A stretch of DNA of 64,000 nucleotides. It comes from a virus. The notes beneath the pieces are model-generated. The model worked only from the letters and a program-made list of their open reading frames with translations, made no database searches and was not told the DNA's origin. The position numbers and the translations under genes are program-made. Location: the IMG/VR virus record IMGVR_UViG_3300042558_005120, positions 32,001 through 96,000 of that record; one strand, written 5' to 3'. Below are positions 18,475 through 27,886 of the stretch, piece after piece (positions within the stretch are counted from its first letter, which is position 1; each line of letters begins with the position of its first letter).

Positions 18475-19875
18475 TTAATTATTTAATTGTTGTTCTAAAT
18501 ATTGAATTTCTGCTTCGATTGCTTCGTATTCTTTTTTTGCTGTTTTACGTTTATTATAATAATCAGTCAAAACTGTGCGAAAGATTGAATCTTCCTTTTT
18601 ACTAAAAACTGCCCCGGATGCAGTCAAAATTTCCTTTTCAAAGTCAACAGTTTCCCCAACTTTAATGTTTCGCAAATAAGAGTCCGGAGAAATATTCCAT
18701 TGGCGCATAATAAATGGATATAGAGAAGCAAAGTCCAATGAACCCACCCATTCGTATAATCCAGTTTTCGGGTCAACAACAAAGGCACCTTCGTACTTGC
18801 CTTTTTTCTTTTCAACCTTTTCAGATTTTGGTATTACTTTATTTCGATTTAAACACTCACGGCACATCGCGGCTTCTGCCATATAGATTGGAGAAAATGC
18901 TCGATTGATTTCAACCTTGGTTATGTTTGCAAGTGTTAAAAATGTTTGCAATGTGTTGAGCTTTTCATCAATCAGTTCAACTAATTTGGTATCGACCACA
19001 TTATAAAAAATATACGACTCAAAATCATTATTATATAATTCTTGTAGTGAACCGTTAAATTTTACTTTTTGTACACCCAATGCAGCACTTGCAACAAAGT
19101 CCAGGGTATTGTTTTCTTTAATGTCAACAACCCGATCCCATTTTTTATAGATATCCATATAGTCAACAATCAAACGGTGCATTGGCATCGGATTATCCTT
19201 TCCAACTAATTTCCCAGAAACCGATGAAGGTTTCATATTTATATTAAGTCGCTTACAACGGTTTGTTAAATATTGCCAGTCAAATTTTGTAAAGTTCCAA
19301 CCAGTTAGTAGTGGTAATTTTAAAATTGCTTTATGAAAAAAACTAACTAACATATCGTACTCACTTGAAAACTTCAAATAAGTAAATTCCATAACCATCC
19401 CATTCAACTGCTTTTCCAAGTGTTGATTCATTCGGTTCTCAATACTTTTGATTTGTACTGCAGATAAATCCTTTAATCCCATACAGATCATTTTCTTGCC
19501 ATTACAAAATGCAATTGCTGTTACTGGGTATTTTGCAGTTTCTGGTTTTGGCCATTCGTCTCCAATCTCGACCTCGATATCCATGAACCATTTCTTTGGA
19601 GTATTAAATTCGTAAATTTCATCTATGGTTCCTGACGGCAAAGATTCGATATATTCAATTACTCTAAAGTTAGAGATGTTCTTTGCCTTTTTCTTTTTTA
19701 CTGGCTTGTCGTCCCACGATAAAGTACCAGGATAGGATTTTTCGCCGGACTTACAATACTCCCAATTATACATTTCCTCTTCAGGGATTCTTATGTTTTT
19801 TATCGAGATACCACCTTCTTTATTAAAAAAGGAAATGTTTAATTCTGAGTTTTCTTGTTCAATATCAATTATCAT
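18475..19875 (-). CDS. gp43: Family B DNA polymerase, N-terminal subunit (exonuclease plus motif A; gp43A-like)
   Basis: ExoI DIE, ExoII GWN..FD, ExoIII YNVVD, YEGAFV, motif A DFASLYP, NISPD; ends in the fingers helix. Confidence 0.92.
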   Translation of the reverse strand: MIIDIEQENSELNISFFNKEGGISIKNIRIPEEEMYNWEYCKSGEKSYPGTLSWDDKPVKKKKAKNISNFRVIEYIESLPSGTIDEIYEFNTPKKWFMDIEVEIGDEWPKPETAKYPVTAIAFCNGKKMICMGLKDLSAVQIKSIENRMNQHLEKQLNGMVMEFTYLKFSSEYDMLVSFFHKAILKLPLLTGWNFTKFDWQYLTNRCKRLNINMKPSSVSGKLVGKDNPMPMHRLIVDYMDIYKKWDRVVDIKENNTLDFVASAALGVQKVKFNGSLQELYNNDFESYIFYNVVDTKLVELIDEKLNTLQTFLTLANITKVEINRAFSPIYMAEAAMCRECLNRNKVIPKSEKVEKKKGKYEGAFVVDPKTGLYEWVGSLDFASLYPFIMRQWNISPDSYLRNIKVGETVDFEKEILTASGAVFSKKEDSIFRTVLTDYYNKRKTAKKEYEAIEAEIQYLEQQLNN

Positions 19876-19908
19876 ACTGTAAATTTTATAAAAAATAGGA
19901 TTTAATTT

Positions 19909-19935
19909 TCTATGAATTAAACCCTATAAAGTTTT
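19909..19935 (-). promoter_or_regulatory. Putative class-A phage promoter AAAACT-N14-TCATAGA
   Basis: Motif copy upstream of the polN-nrdB-nrdA run. Confidence 0.55.
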
Positions 19936-20022
19936 TTAAAAAAATATGATAATTCTAAAACTTTTTTTCTGCTTTCTGCATAAAATAACTATGAGTAGTT
20001 TCGGAAGGTTAAGTATCTAAGC

Positions 20023-20631
20023 TTACCTTTGAGCAACATAACCAGACAAGATCTTTGCATCCTCAATCATTTGATCTTTATGAGTCATAACATCAGATTC
20101 TTTTTCTCCAATATGGTGCCCAACAATAAAACCAATTAAATACTTTTCAATTGAATAGATTGGAACAGTAACAAATTGAGTAACGCCCAGCTTTTCTAGC
20201 TCTTTTTTATCTTTGTAATCAATATCTTCAATATCAATAAGAAAGCATTTTTCAGACAGCATTCTTGTTACCCACTGCGGATATTCTGAAGTTAAAACGT
20301 TTTGTTGAAGTCTTTTGAGTTTTTCGTAACCGGGTGCAACAGATTCATAAGTCATTGAAAACTTCTTCATACTTTTGCCATGAAAGAATTTACCACCGTT
20401 ATGAAATTGAAATATTGAGGCCCTGTCAAAATGATAATTTTTTCTAAATGTTTCCAGCCATTCCTGAACTGCAATCATTTCAATAGCATCTACTTCATTA
20501 ATTATCTCATCCTCTTTCTTTTTCTTCTGAGAAATTCTATAGTCTAATTTAGTTTTAACAACAACGGTAATTAATGCTACACAAATAGTACCAACTGTTG
20601 TAATTAGTGTCTGAATAACATCTACGCTCAT
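20023..20631 (-). CDS. Membrane protein with N-terminal TM helix and GAF-like domain (possible T4 t-like holin)
   Basis: Hydrophobic residues 5-25, then FDRASIFQFHNG..KFSMTYE..VPIYS..IGFI, a GAF-like pattern. Confidence 0.5.
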   Translation of the reverse strand: MSVDVIQTLITTVGTICVALITVVVKTKLDYRISQKKKKEDEIINEVDAIEMIAVQEWLETFRKNYHFDRASIFQFHNGGKFFHGKSMKKFSMTYESVAPGYEKLKRLQQNVLTSEYPQWVTRMLSEKCFLIDIEDIDYKDKKELEKLGVTQFVTVPIYSIEKYLIGFIVGHHIGEKESDVMTHKDQMIEDAKILSGYVAQR

Positions 20632-21227
20632 TTCATTTTGCTATTTTTCTTCATCCAACGTTTAACCCATTTTTTGTATTCCTCGTAGGACATAACTCCA
20701 ATTTTATCTTCTTTATTATCAATGTTGTTATCAAACCGGTCACCCGAACCAAGCGTGCCAAGTGTTGGCATTACCACATTACCAACACCGCTTGTATTAT
20801 TCACAGTTGCAGGTGTACCAGGTGGAACTGGAACTGAGGAAACTCCAGATTCTGTTACTTCCTCCTCTTCATCTTCGATAAATTTCATAAATTTTTTCAC
20901 TAATGGATCTTTATTGTCTTTATTTGCGTATGGTAACATTGGCGCTACATTTGATACATAAGAATAAAATTGCGGAAAAGGCCCACCACTTAAAAAACCT
21001 GTTAAATTTTCTTTAACTTTCTTTTTCGGTAAGTCTTTAATTTTTGTTTCAGCAAATCTTTTTAATTCGGCTTTTGACATTGAATCAGCAAGGTCAGAAA
21101 TTTGATCTCGGTATTCGGCGTCTATTTCTTTTGGGTCAGTACCTTCATCCCCGCCACTAAGCTTAAACTTTTTTACTTGATAGGCTTGTGCCATCAATTT
21201 CTGCTGAGATTGTGATACTGCTGGCAT
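20628..21227 (-). CDS. Hypothetical protein with DUF3008-like N-terminus
   Basis: MPAVSQSQQKLM.....SMSKAELKRFAETK...LP.K pattern. Confidence 0.55.
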   Translation of the reverse strand: MPAVSQSQQKLMAQAYQVKKFKLSGGDEGTDPKEIDAEYRDQISDLADSMSKAELKRFAETKIKDLPKKKVKENLTGFLSGGPFPQFYSYVSNVAPMLPYANKDNKDPLVKKFMKFIEDEEEEVTESGVSSVPVPPGTPATVNNTSGVGNVVMPTLGTLGSGDRFDNNIDNKEDKIGVMSYEEYKKWVKRWMKKNSKMK

Positions 21228-21228
21228 A

Positions 21229-21564
21229 TTAACCTAAATCTGTAATTTTGCTATGAACACGCTCACCAAGTTTTGAAAGAGAGTAATGCTTTTCTCCGTT
21301 TTTTTCAACAACATTAAAGTATTGCTCATTTCTTCTCACCCATTGCGGTGATGTTGTTCTTTGTGAGCCTTCGTTCATGCCTTTAATAAATTCGTATAGT
21401 GCAGCCTTTGTTACTGTTTTGTTTTCTTTAACAAAAGATAAAATTCTTTCACGAACAGGCGCATAGTCTGAAACAACTGTTGCTGGATGATTATCTGTGT
21501 ATTTTCTTTTTACGGTTATAAGTGATTCACTTAAGAAAGTTTCGAAATCCATTATAAAACTCAT
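21229..21564 (-). CDS. Hypothetical protein with the shared leader (MSFIMDFETFLSE), possible wHTH
   Basis: Likely start is the ATG at 21564; the track start overlaps the late promoter motif. Confidence 0.7.
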   Translation of the reverse strand: MSFIMDFETFLSESLITVKRKYTDNHPATVVSDYAPVRERILSFVKENKTVTKAALYEFIKGMNEGSQRTTSPQWVRRNEQYFNVVEKNGEKHYSLSKLGERVHSKITDLG

Positions 21565-21581
21565 ATCTTTAATTTTTTTAG

Positions 21582-21590
21582 TATATATCA
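21582..21590 (-). promoter_or_regulatory. Putative late promoter TGATATATA
   Basis: Exact motif copy. Confidence 0.55.
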
Positions 21591-21612
21591 CTTAAGAGTT
21601 AGTGTAATTTTA

Positions 21613-23424
21613 TCAAACATAAAAAACACTGTCGAATCTGGATTTTACTAAATACCAAAACGGGTGCATTTCCTCAGGTGTTAGTTTCTGAAACTCTGTT
21701 TCACTTGTTCCAATTTCAATTACCTCAAGTGCATCTTTGTATAATTTTTTTGAAATTTTCTCAAGTTTCCATTTATATCCTTTTTCGCCCCAGATCGCTT
21801 TGAAATTTTTTGTTTCCATCTCAAATAATTCATAATTATTTACAGAACAATAAATGTGCTCTGGTATAAAATTATCACATTTAGTAATTACTTTCTGAAT
21901 AAGTGGAATGTCTAATATATAATATCCAAGAAAAATTTCATTTCGATTGTTTACAAATCTAGACGCTATTTTCTCAACGTCTTGAGTTTGCATATGAAGA
22001 AAATCATCCTTTACATCGTGGAAAAGAATAATTCTTTTCTTTGTCTGTTTGTGGATATTCTCTAATTGGTCAACTAATTTTTTCGTAATTAAAGAAAGAT
22101 TACATACAACAACAGTTACCGCTTCTTTTTGCTCGTATGACCTTTCGCCGTCGAAAAAGGATTCTAATAAAACAATCGACTTTTCAACTTTACTGTCATC
22201 TGAGCCAGATTCTTTTTTATCTTCTTTCTTTTGACCTTCTTTTTTGTCTTCTTTCTTGTCTTCTTTCTTGTCTTCCTTTTTGTCTTCCTTTTTGTCTTCC
22301 TTTTTGTCTTCCTCATTTAAAATAAAATTAAACTCTAAAAAGGAATAGTCACTTTCAACAAGCCTTGAAATTTCTTCAATTTTTGTATTAAAGTTATTAA
22401 CAATACTTTCACTTAATAGACCGCTTGGGTATTTTGGCTTCTTTAAATTTGCTAGAAATACAGTAAACAAATATTCGTATCTACTATCACTTTCGATAAT
22501 TTGACTTGTTGTTTTGTTTGAAATCCACTGCGAGTTGAAATTTCCACTTTTCTCTAAAAATTTAGGACGCTCCAGACCGGAATCCAAAAAGTCAGGTCCT
22601 TTTGCTTCAACAAAGGAATTAAAAATTTCTGATACGGTTTCCAAATATGCAATATCCGTATCCTTTGTGTCCGATTTAATTTTATTAATGTTAATTGTAT
22701 TGATGTGCTCGCAAATTTCTAAAAGTAAAATATCAAAAAGATGCCCTCTCGATTCCTTTTTACTTTCAATAACTGTATCACTTTCAAGTTTGAAAAGCAA
22801 ATCCTGTTGTTCAAATACAATCGAATCTATTTGCTGTTGGGCTTCATTTAGTAATCCTTTAACTGGGAAAAAGGATTCATTGATTTGCTCAGATTCAGAT
22901 TTTGCAATACTTACTAATTGTTCTATGCTTTCTTCACTGAGTTCACCTTCGAAAAGAGGTTTATTCCATTCGCACCCAAAAATACTTGACCATCTTTCTA
23001 AGACCTTTGAATCTTTGATGTCTCTGGAAATGTCTGAATCTGGTTTTCTGATTGTGATATCCGTTAAGACTAATCCTTTTCTAGGTCGTCTTTCATAACG
23101 TGTGGATAACGGTGCATTGGTTGGAAACCATGAAAACCCGAACCGATGGCGTGGAGGTATTGAGTTTTTAATTTCGGACGGCAAGCTTTGAATATGCGTA
23201 ATAGCCTGTTCATATAAGTCATTAATTGTGCGGTCAATTTTATTGAGCGGAACCTTTCCGTTCTTTCCATAGAAATAAATTTGATAATTATCTTGGTTTT
23301 TTTCAAACGCAAACCGATAAGCATCGAACTTTTCAGTGATGCGGGTTTCTCGTTTCAGAGTCTCACGAAGACCTTTTTCTCCGACTTTTTTGTAGAGTTC
23401 TCTAATATTTTTAATCCCAGCCAT
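21613..23424 (-). CDS. Multidomain protein: degenerate ligase-like N-domain, EDKK repeat linker, degenerate nucleotidyltransferase-like C-domain
   Basis: ITEKFDA resembles ITEKTDG of 32694..33998; C-terminal FQKLTPEEMHPFW resembles FDSMMPPVLHKYY of 30169..30774. Confidence 0.55.
   Translation of the reverse strand: MAGIKNIRELYKKVGEKGLRETLKRETRITEKFDAYRFAFEKNQDNYQIYFYGKNGKVPLNKIDRTINDLYEQAITHIQSLPSEIKNSIPPRHRFGFSWFPTNAPLSTRYERRPRKGLVLTDITIRKPDSDISRDIKDSKVLERWSSIFGCEWNKPLFEGELSEESIEQLVSIAKSESEQINESFFPVKGLLNEAQQQIDSIVFEQQDLLFKLESDTVIESKKESRGHLFDILLLEICEHINTININKIKSDTKDTDIAYLETVSEIFNSFVEAKGPDFLDSGLERPKFLEKSGNFNSQWISNKTTSQIIESDSRYEYLFTVFLANLKKPKYPSGLLSESIVNNFNTKIEEISRLVESDYSFLEFNFILNEEDKKEDKKEDKKEDKKEDKKEDKKEGQKKEDKKESGSDDSKVEKSIVLLESFFDGERSYEQKEAVTVVVCNLSLITKKLVDQLENIHKQTKKRIILFHDVKDDFLHMQTQDVEKIASRFVNNRNEIFLGYYILDIPLIQKVITKCDNFIPEHIYCSVNNYELFEMETKNFKAIWGEKGYKWKLEKISKKLYKDALEVIEIGTSETEFQKLTPEEMHPFWYLVKSRFDSVFYV
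22241..22312 (-). repeat. 12-bp coding tandem repeat (EDKK)x6
   Basis: Units of (t/c)tt(t/c)ttgtcttc on the plus strand; protein EDKKEDKKEDKKEDKKEDKKEDKK. Confidence 0.9.
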
Positions 23425-23449
23425 TTTAATATTTTGTTTAAATTCTAAT

Positions 23450-23458
23450 TATATATCA
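23450..23458 (-). promoter_or_regulatory. Putative late promoter TGATATATA
   Basis: Exact motif copy. Confidence 0.55.
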
Positions 23459-23461
23459 AAG

Positions 23462-23842
23462 TTAAATAAGGTAGCTTTCGGCGAAACCGGATGCGACCAT
23501 TTTTTGGTTGATGTTTACATAGGTAACAGTTTTAATTCCTTCATTTAGTGTTGTAGTTTCCAAATAAATAGTGCCCAGGATCCTTCCGTATTTTTCAGAT
23601 CGATCTTTGATACTTTCTAAAATAATTGATTTTCCCATTATCATTGATGCTAACCAAGATTTTGCTGCTAACCCAGACTTTCGAGTTTCGCCCTTAAGTT
23701 CAGGTGTATTAATTCCGTATAGTCTGATTTTTTGCTTGTGTAGTGTTGTCCAAAAACCAAGATCAATATCAACTGTAATAGTGTCGCCGTCATAGACATC
23801 GGTAACAAATGCTTTGTAAAGATAAAAGTTATTTAGTTCCAT
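23462..23842 (-). CDS. Thermonuclease (SNase-like)
   Basis: VYDGDTI..IRLYGINTPE..EKYGRILG..INQKMVASGFA. Confidence 0.9.
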   Translation of the reverse strand: MELNNFYLYKAFVTDVYDGDTITVDIDLGFWTTLHKQKIRLYGINTPELKGETRKSGLAAKSWLASMIMGKSIILESIKDRSEKYGRILGTIYLETTTLNEGIKTVTYVNINQKMVASGFAESYLI

Positions 23843-23862
23843 GGATAATTTATTTTTTGACT

Positions 23863-23891
23863 AAAAAAAGGTCACAATCAATTGTGACCTT
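23863..23891 (-). terminator. Intrinsic terminator
   Basis: AAGGTCACAAT-ca-ATTGTGACCTT hairpin with a T-run on the minus strand. Confidence 0.75.
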
Positions 23892-23914
23892 AAAAACAAA
23901 GTTTATATGTTTTT

Positions 23915-24088
23915 CTATTTTCCAGCTTTGTCAATAATTGACCAAACGCCGCCGGTTAACGCAATTACTGAACCGCTGATTTCTGCCCATAACGGTTCGT
24001 CTAATAATCCTTTCATAACAAGAATACCGCCAACGAATGTAAGTCCATGACGGACGATTCCTAAAATTTGTTCTTTTGTTAGTTTCAT
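23915..24088 (-). CDS. Small two-TM holin-like protein (57 aa)
   Basis: Missing from the track. Manual translation: MKLTKEQILGIVRHGLTFVGGILVMKGLLDEPLWAEISGSVIALTGGVWSIIDKAGK*. Confidence 0.75.
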   Translation of the reverse strand: MKLTKEQILGIVRHGLTFVGGILVMKGLLDEPLWAEISGSVIALTGGVWSIIDKAGK

Positions 24089-24150
24089 AATAATAGAGTT
24101 TTTTTAAAATCCAAATTTCTTTGAACTGTATCAATTACTTTTCTAAATTT

Positions 24151-24807
24151 TTATTGTGCTATTTTAATATCTGTTGGTTTTATTATACTATCGAAAGTAA
24201 CAACAGACTTCATATCCTCTGGCATCAATGGGTCAACCCACCATGTATATCCCTTAGCGTTAATTTCCAATATAACCGGGTCGGGTATTTTAAAGTAATT
24301 AGTTATTTTTCTTGCTGCTCCAATTGATGTTACGCCAAAAACAGCTGCGTATAATTGCATTGTAACATTTTCACCAGATAATCCTTTACTGAAAGTTGAT
24401 GAGTGTGCCTGTGCCTCAGAAGCAATCAGCCCTTTTTGCATTATATTATCAAGATTTGCTTTTGCTGCAACGTGGAATACTTTTCTTGCTTTTACTGGTT
24501 TTGCAGCAATCATTGTTTTCATTTCGTTATCACTTGAATATCCTCTTAATGTTTTTAAAATAAGAATATTCTTATGCTGTCTACCATATTTTTCAATATC
24601 TGCTAATGTTTGTTTGATTTGTAATTCAGTAGAGGTGTCTATATTTACTAACACTCCGTTATCGAATACTTTAACTTCGGCAAAGCCATTTTTTTTAAAA
24701 ATAGCCGCAACATCTTGTTTGACTGCATTTGGATTGTAATTAGATTCATTGATTGAATCCAATTTAGACTCAAGCAAAAATTCATTAAATGTAAAAATTC
24801 TTTTCAT
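24151..24807 (-). CDS. Leader-bearing protein with ADP-ribosyltransferase-like (Tpt1/DarT-like) C-terminal domain
   Basis: Leader MKRIFTFNEFLLE; VFHVAAKANLDNIMQKGL...PVILEIN...IKPTDI. Confidence 0.55.
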   Translation of the reverse strand: MKRIFTFNEFLLESKLDSINESNYNPNAVKQDVAAIFKKNGFAEVKVFDNGVLVNIDTSTELQIKQTLADIEKYGRQHKNILILKTLRGYSSDNEMKTMIAAKPVKARKVFHVAAKANLDNIMQKGLIASEAQAHSSTFSKGLSGENVTMQLYAAVFGVTSIGAARKITNYFKIPDPVILEINAKGYTWWVDPLMPEDMKSVVTFDSIIKPTDIKIAQ

Positions 24808-24815
24808 AATATTTT

Positions 24816-25253
24816 TTATTTTATTTCAACGTTGCGTTTTGCCTTAGCGGACAAATATTGAGGTATCAGTGTTTTGTAAAGTCTTCTGCGTTTTTCATCA
24901 GTTGCATCAATGATTACAGTTTTGTCATAACCATATGAATCTAAAAATTTTTCTATGATTGTGGTTATGGTTTTAAATAAAGTTCTAACATTACCTTCAC
25001 CGGTCATCTCAAAAGTATCAATCTTATTAAAATCTCCTTTATCAAGTCCAAATGATAGATCAAATTTCCCTTCTTCTGCGCGGTATTCTCCTGAATAAAA
25101 CACCACTTTGTATTGTTGCGTTGGCGAATTAAAAGTATATTCAGCGGTAAGTAATTCATCTTCATCGTCATATTGTTCCTCTTCTTCTCGAAAAGGATAT
25201 GGTTTTTCTAAACTTTCATTTATAAAGTCTTCAAATGTTTGGATGTGTTTCAT
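24816..25253 (-). CDS. Leader-bearing protein, possible divergent GNAT-like fold
   Basis: Leader MKHIQTFEDFINE; TGEGNVRTLFKTI...RRRLYKTLI. Confidence 0.5.
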   Translation of the reverse strand: MKHIQTFEDFINESLEKPYPFREEEEQYDDEDELLTAEYTFNSPTQQYKVVFYSGEYRAEEGKFDLSFGLDKGDFNKIDTFEMTGEGNVRTLFKTITTIIEKFLDSYGYDKTVIIDATDEKRRRLYKTLIPQYLSAKAKRNVEIK

Positions 25254-25271
25254 TTTGTATTACTTAAATTT

Positions 25272-26174
25272 TTATTTACTGATGAATTTTTTGAATTTAT
25301 CTAAAAACTCAATAAAATCTTTATCAAATAAATTTATACTTATTCCAATATCTTTTAATGATTCGATATAGTCAGAGAAATATTTTTTATCATATATCGT
25401 AGATTGTTCCAGAGTTTTAATTCCTATATTTGGGTACATTTTTTTATAACCTATATAAGTTTTGTAGTCATTCTTCTCAACGTATTGTTTCAATTTATCC
25501 AAATTCCTATCAATTATGCCAACATTTTTTTTGTAATCAGAATCTTCTAAATTATCAAATGAATATTCATAAAATAATTTCTCTAAAGTATCGAAAGTTG
25601 TATTCCAATCATATATACTTTTGGCAAGATCATCTCCCTGAAATTTAGTTTTTACATATGGAAGTATTTCACTCTTTTTTAATTCTGAATCCTTAGCCCA
25701 CTTAGGATATTTCTTTTTTAATTTATCAAGTAATTTGGAAATCATTTCCGCAATCATGTCTGGCCAAATTATAGTATTATCTTTATAAAGCCCAACACCT
25801 TCGTCATAAATCTCCTTGAAATCCCTTCCTTTATTTATATGCAAATAAACAGCGCCATACTCATTAGCATCAACATAAAATAGAGAAGTAATGTTTTTTC
25901 TATTTTGTGGGGTATTATCAACATCATAAAATTCAATGATTGAATCAATAATTGAATTTGTAACAACATCTATAATAATGCTGGACTTATTTATTCGAGC
26001 TACGTCAAATCTAATTTGCGTCTCATTCTTACCAATTTTAGTAAGACCTTTTTTATGACCCGTAATTTTGGTTAATGCATCAATTAAATTATTTGATATA
26101 AATGTCTTTGCATCGTAACTATCTAACGATTTCAATTCGTTTAAGAAACTTTCAAATGTTTGAATATATTTCAT
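25272..26174 (-). CDS. Leader-bearing hypothetical protein (300 aa)
   Basis: Leader MKYIQTFESFLNE. Confidence 0.7.
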   Translation of the reverse strand: MKYIQTFESFLNELKSLDSYDAKTFISNNLIDALTKITGHKKGLTKIGKNETQIRFDVARINKSSIIIDVVTNSIIDSIIEFYDVDNTPQNRKNITSLFYVDANEYGAVYLHINKGRDFKEIYDEGVGLYKDNTIIWPDMIAEMISKLLDKLKKKYPKWAKDSELKKSEILPYVKTKFQGDDLAKSIYDWNTTFDTLEKLFYEYSFDNLEDSDYKKNVGIIDRNLDKLKQYVEKNDYKTYIGYKKMYPNIGIKTLEQSTIYDKKYFSDYIESLKDIGISINLFDKDFIEFLDKFKKFISK

Positions 26175-26189
26175 CTGTTTTTTGATATT

Positions 26190-26477
26190 TTATTCACCAT
26201 ACCAAGAATATCCATACTCTTCATATTTGCTATGGACTTCTTTTGGTGTTTTATCTTTATACCATGCAGAACCCAATTTTTGAGAAAGCCCTAATTTCAC
26301 AGCTTCACGTTCAATGGCATCCATTTTTTTAATTTCTGCCATGTTATAGTTAGAGTCCTTTACTTTTTGACCTTGTGCATACATATCATCAAGAAGTTTC
26401 TCTACTTTTTTAGGATCTAATCCCTCGTTTAGTTCTGCTTCATTCAAGAAGCTTTCAAATGTTTTGATGTGTTTCAT
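26190..26477 (-). CDS. Leader-bearing hypothetical protein (95 aa)
   Basis: Leader MKHIKTFESFLNE, followed by a second LNE. Confidence 0.75.
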   Translation of the reverse strand: MKHIKTFESFLNEAELNEGLDPKKVEKLLDDMYAQGQKVKDSNYNMAEIKKMDAIEREAVKLGLSQKLGSAWYKDKTPKEVHSKYEEYGYSWYGE

Positions 26478-26482
26478 AATAA

Positions 26483-26842
26483 TTATTTCTTTAATTTTTT
26501 AGCAAAGTTTATCAAATAATCATTAGCAAAGTCTTCTATTGTTTTTATATAGTCAGGTATTTTTTCAGTTCTAACTTTTATTGCTAATTTTCCCGCCTTT
26601 GTTAGAATTAGAGCAACTTTGCCATCCTCATAACCTAATTTGTAATGACTGACATTTAATGTTTTATAAGTACCGAACTTATCGCCCATAGCTAATCCTA
26701 ACCCAACGTCTGCTTTTGGTAGATTCTGAGCTGGAATTTCGGAAGAAGGTACTGATGTAAGAATATAATTTAATGATTTACCTGTGGCTTCTATAATAGA
26801 TTCTTCATTTAAGAAGCTTTCAAATGTGTGGATATGATTCAT
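26483..26842 (-). CDS. Leader-bearing hypothetical protein (119 aa)
   Basis: Leader MNHIHTFESFLNE. Confidence 0.75.
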   Translation of the reverse strand: MNHIHTFESFLNEESIIEATGKSLNYILTSVPSSEIPAQNLPKADVGLGLAMGDKFGTYKTLNVSHYKLGYEDGKVALILTKAGKLAIKVRTEKIPDYIKTIEDFANDYLINFAKKLKK

Positions 26843-26857
26843 CTGTTTTTTGTTATT

Positions 26858-27085
26858 TTATTCATCTCCGTAAAGTTCGTGATATTTTTTAGTGTGCTTG
26901 GACGTTTTTAGCAGTTTCTTGCCTTTAGTATCACCTGGCATTTCTTTGTATGCTTTGGGGTCATCGTCATCCATATCAGCTTGTTTTGCGATTTGTGCTT
27001 TCTTCTTGGCTGCAGTACTCTTTGAGATTCCCTTAAAGTAGCCGCCTTCTCTTACAAATTCTTCAAAAGATTGTGTATATTTCAT
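26858..27085 (-). CDS. Leader-bearing small basic protein (75 aa)
   Basis: Leader MKYTQSFEEFVRE; DDDDPKAYKEMPGD..SKHTKKY. Confidence 0.7.
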   Translation of the reverse strand: MKYTQSFEEFVREGGYFKGISKSTAAKKKAQIAKQADMDDDDPKAYKEMPGDTKGKKLLKTSKHTKKYHELYGDE

Positions 27086-27534
27086 TTTTCTACTACAAAT
27101 TTTGGCTTGCCCTCTATGGCCTGTGTATATTTCTTACCTGTTTCCTTACTTAAAGCCTTTAAGTAATTGTTTATGTAACTAATAATGTTTTTGGCTCCAA
27201 CCGGATTGTCCGAATGTACTGTTATCTCAGGAAACTCTTCTCCACTAATGACTTTTTCATCACACAAGTCCATGTGATATTCCACCAGCCAGTCTGCTGC
27301 AGATTTACCAGTCTTTTCAGAACCGCCTGTAAAATCATTAAGGTCGTGGTCAAAAGATATTTTGCTAATGTTGTCAAGGCCGTGTTTTTTGACCGCCTTT
27401 ACAAAGTCTGAGTAGGTTCTAACAATAATCCACTTCTTGTCAATAGGAGTTCTCAGGTCATCCAGGTATATCCACACACCGTTAGAATTGCTGGATTCAT
27501 TCAAGAAGCTTTCAAATGTTTTAATGTGTTTCAT
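27082..27534 (-). CDS. Leader-bearing cyclic-phosphate-processing receiver-domain protein
   Basis: Leader MKHIKTFESFLNE; IYLDDLRTP..ISFDHDL..TG..VHSDNPVG. Confidence 0.75.
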   Translation of the reverse strand: MKHIKTFESFLNESSNSNGVWIYLDDLRTPIDKKWIIVRTYSDFVKAVKKHGLDNISKISFDHDLNDFTGGSEKTGKSAADWLVEYHMDLCDEKVISGEEFPEITVHSDNPVGAKNIISYINNYLKALSKETGKKYTQAIEGKPKFVVEK

Positions 27535-27543
27535 TATTATGCT

Positions 27544-27885
27544 TTATTTTTTAGGATTGAATCCAGAATCTCTTGCTTCTTTGGCTAAATCTTTATCTGC
27601 TTTCCCCCATGTTCCTTCACCGCCAGATAAAAAGCTGTTAACTCTGGCGTACGCCCACTGTTCCTGTCCTGCACCTGGACGGTGTCCGCTTTTCCATGCT
27701 GCCATTCCACGGCGAAAAACTGCACGAATTATCCCAATCGGACATCCGGATTCGTCGGCTTTATTCTTTACGCCGGTCTCCAGCTCTTCGCTGCCCAACG
27801 GTCCGCGGTCAGTAGACTTCTGTTCGTTATCATCGGCTTCGTGTAAATAATCCAGCAACCAGCTTTCAAATAATTTTATAAACAT
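27544..27885 (-). CDS. Leader-bearing conserved viral protein (DUF5824-like)
   Basis: Leader MFIKLFESW; VFRRGMAAWKSGHRPGA..QWAYARVNSFL. Confidence 0.6.
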   Translation of the reverse strand: MFIKLFESWLLDYLHEADDNEQKSTDRGPLGSEELETGVKNKADESGCPIGIIRAVFRRGMAAWKSGHRPGAGQEQWAYARVNSFLSGGEGTWGKADKDLAKEARDSGFNPKK

Positions 27886-27886
27886 T

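Noticed and set aside
6528-19875. Split intein, or pseudogene status, for the polymerase
   Set aside because: There are no Cys1 or His-Asn intein motifs at the break, and all catalytic motifs are intact across the two ORFs.
23931-24134. 67-aa track ORF
   Set aside because: It overlaps, in another frame, the more convincing two-TM holin-like ORF at 23915..24088.
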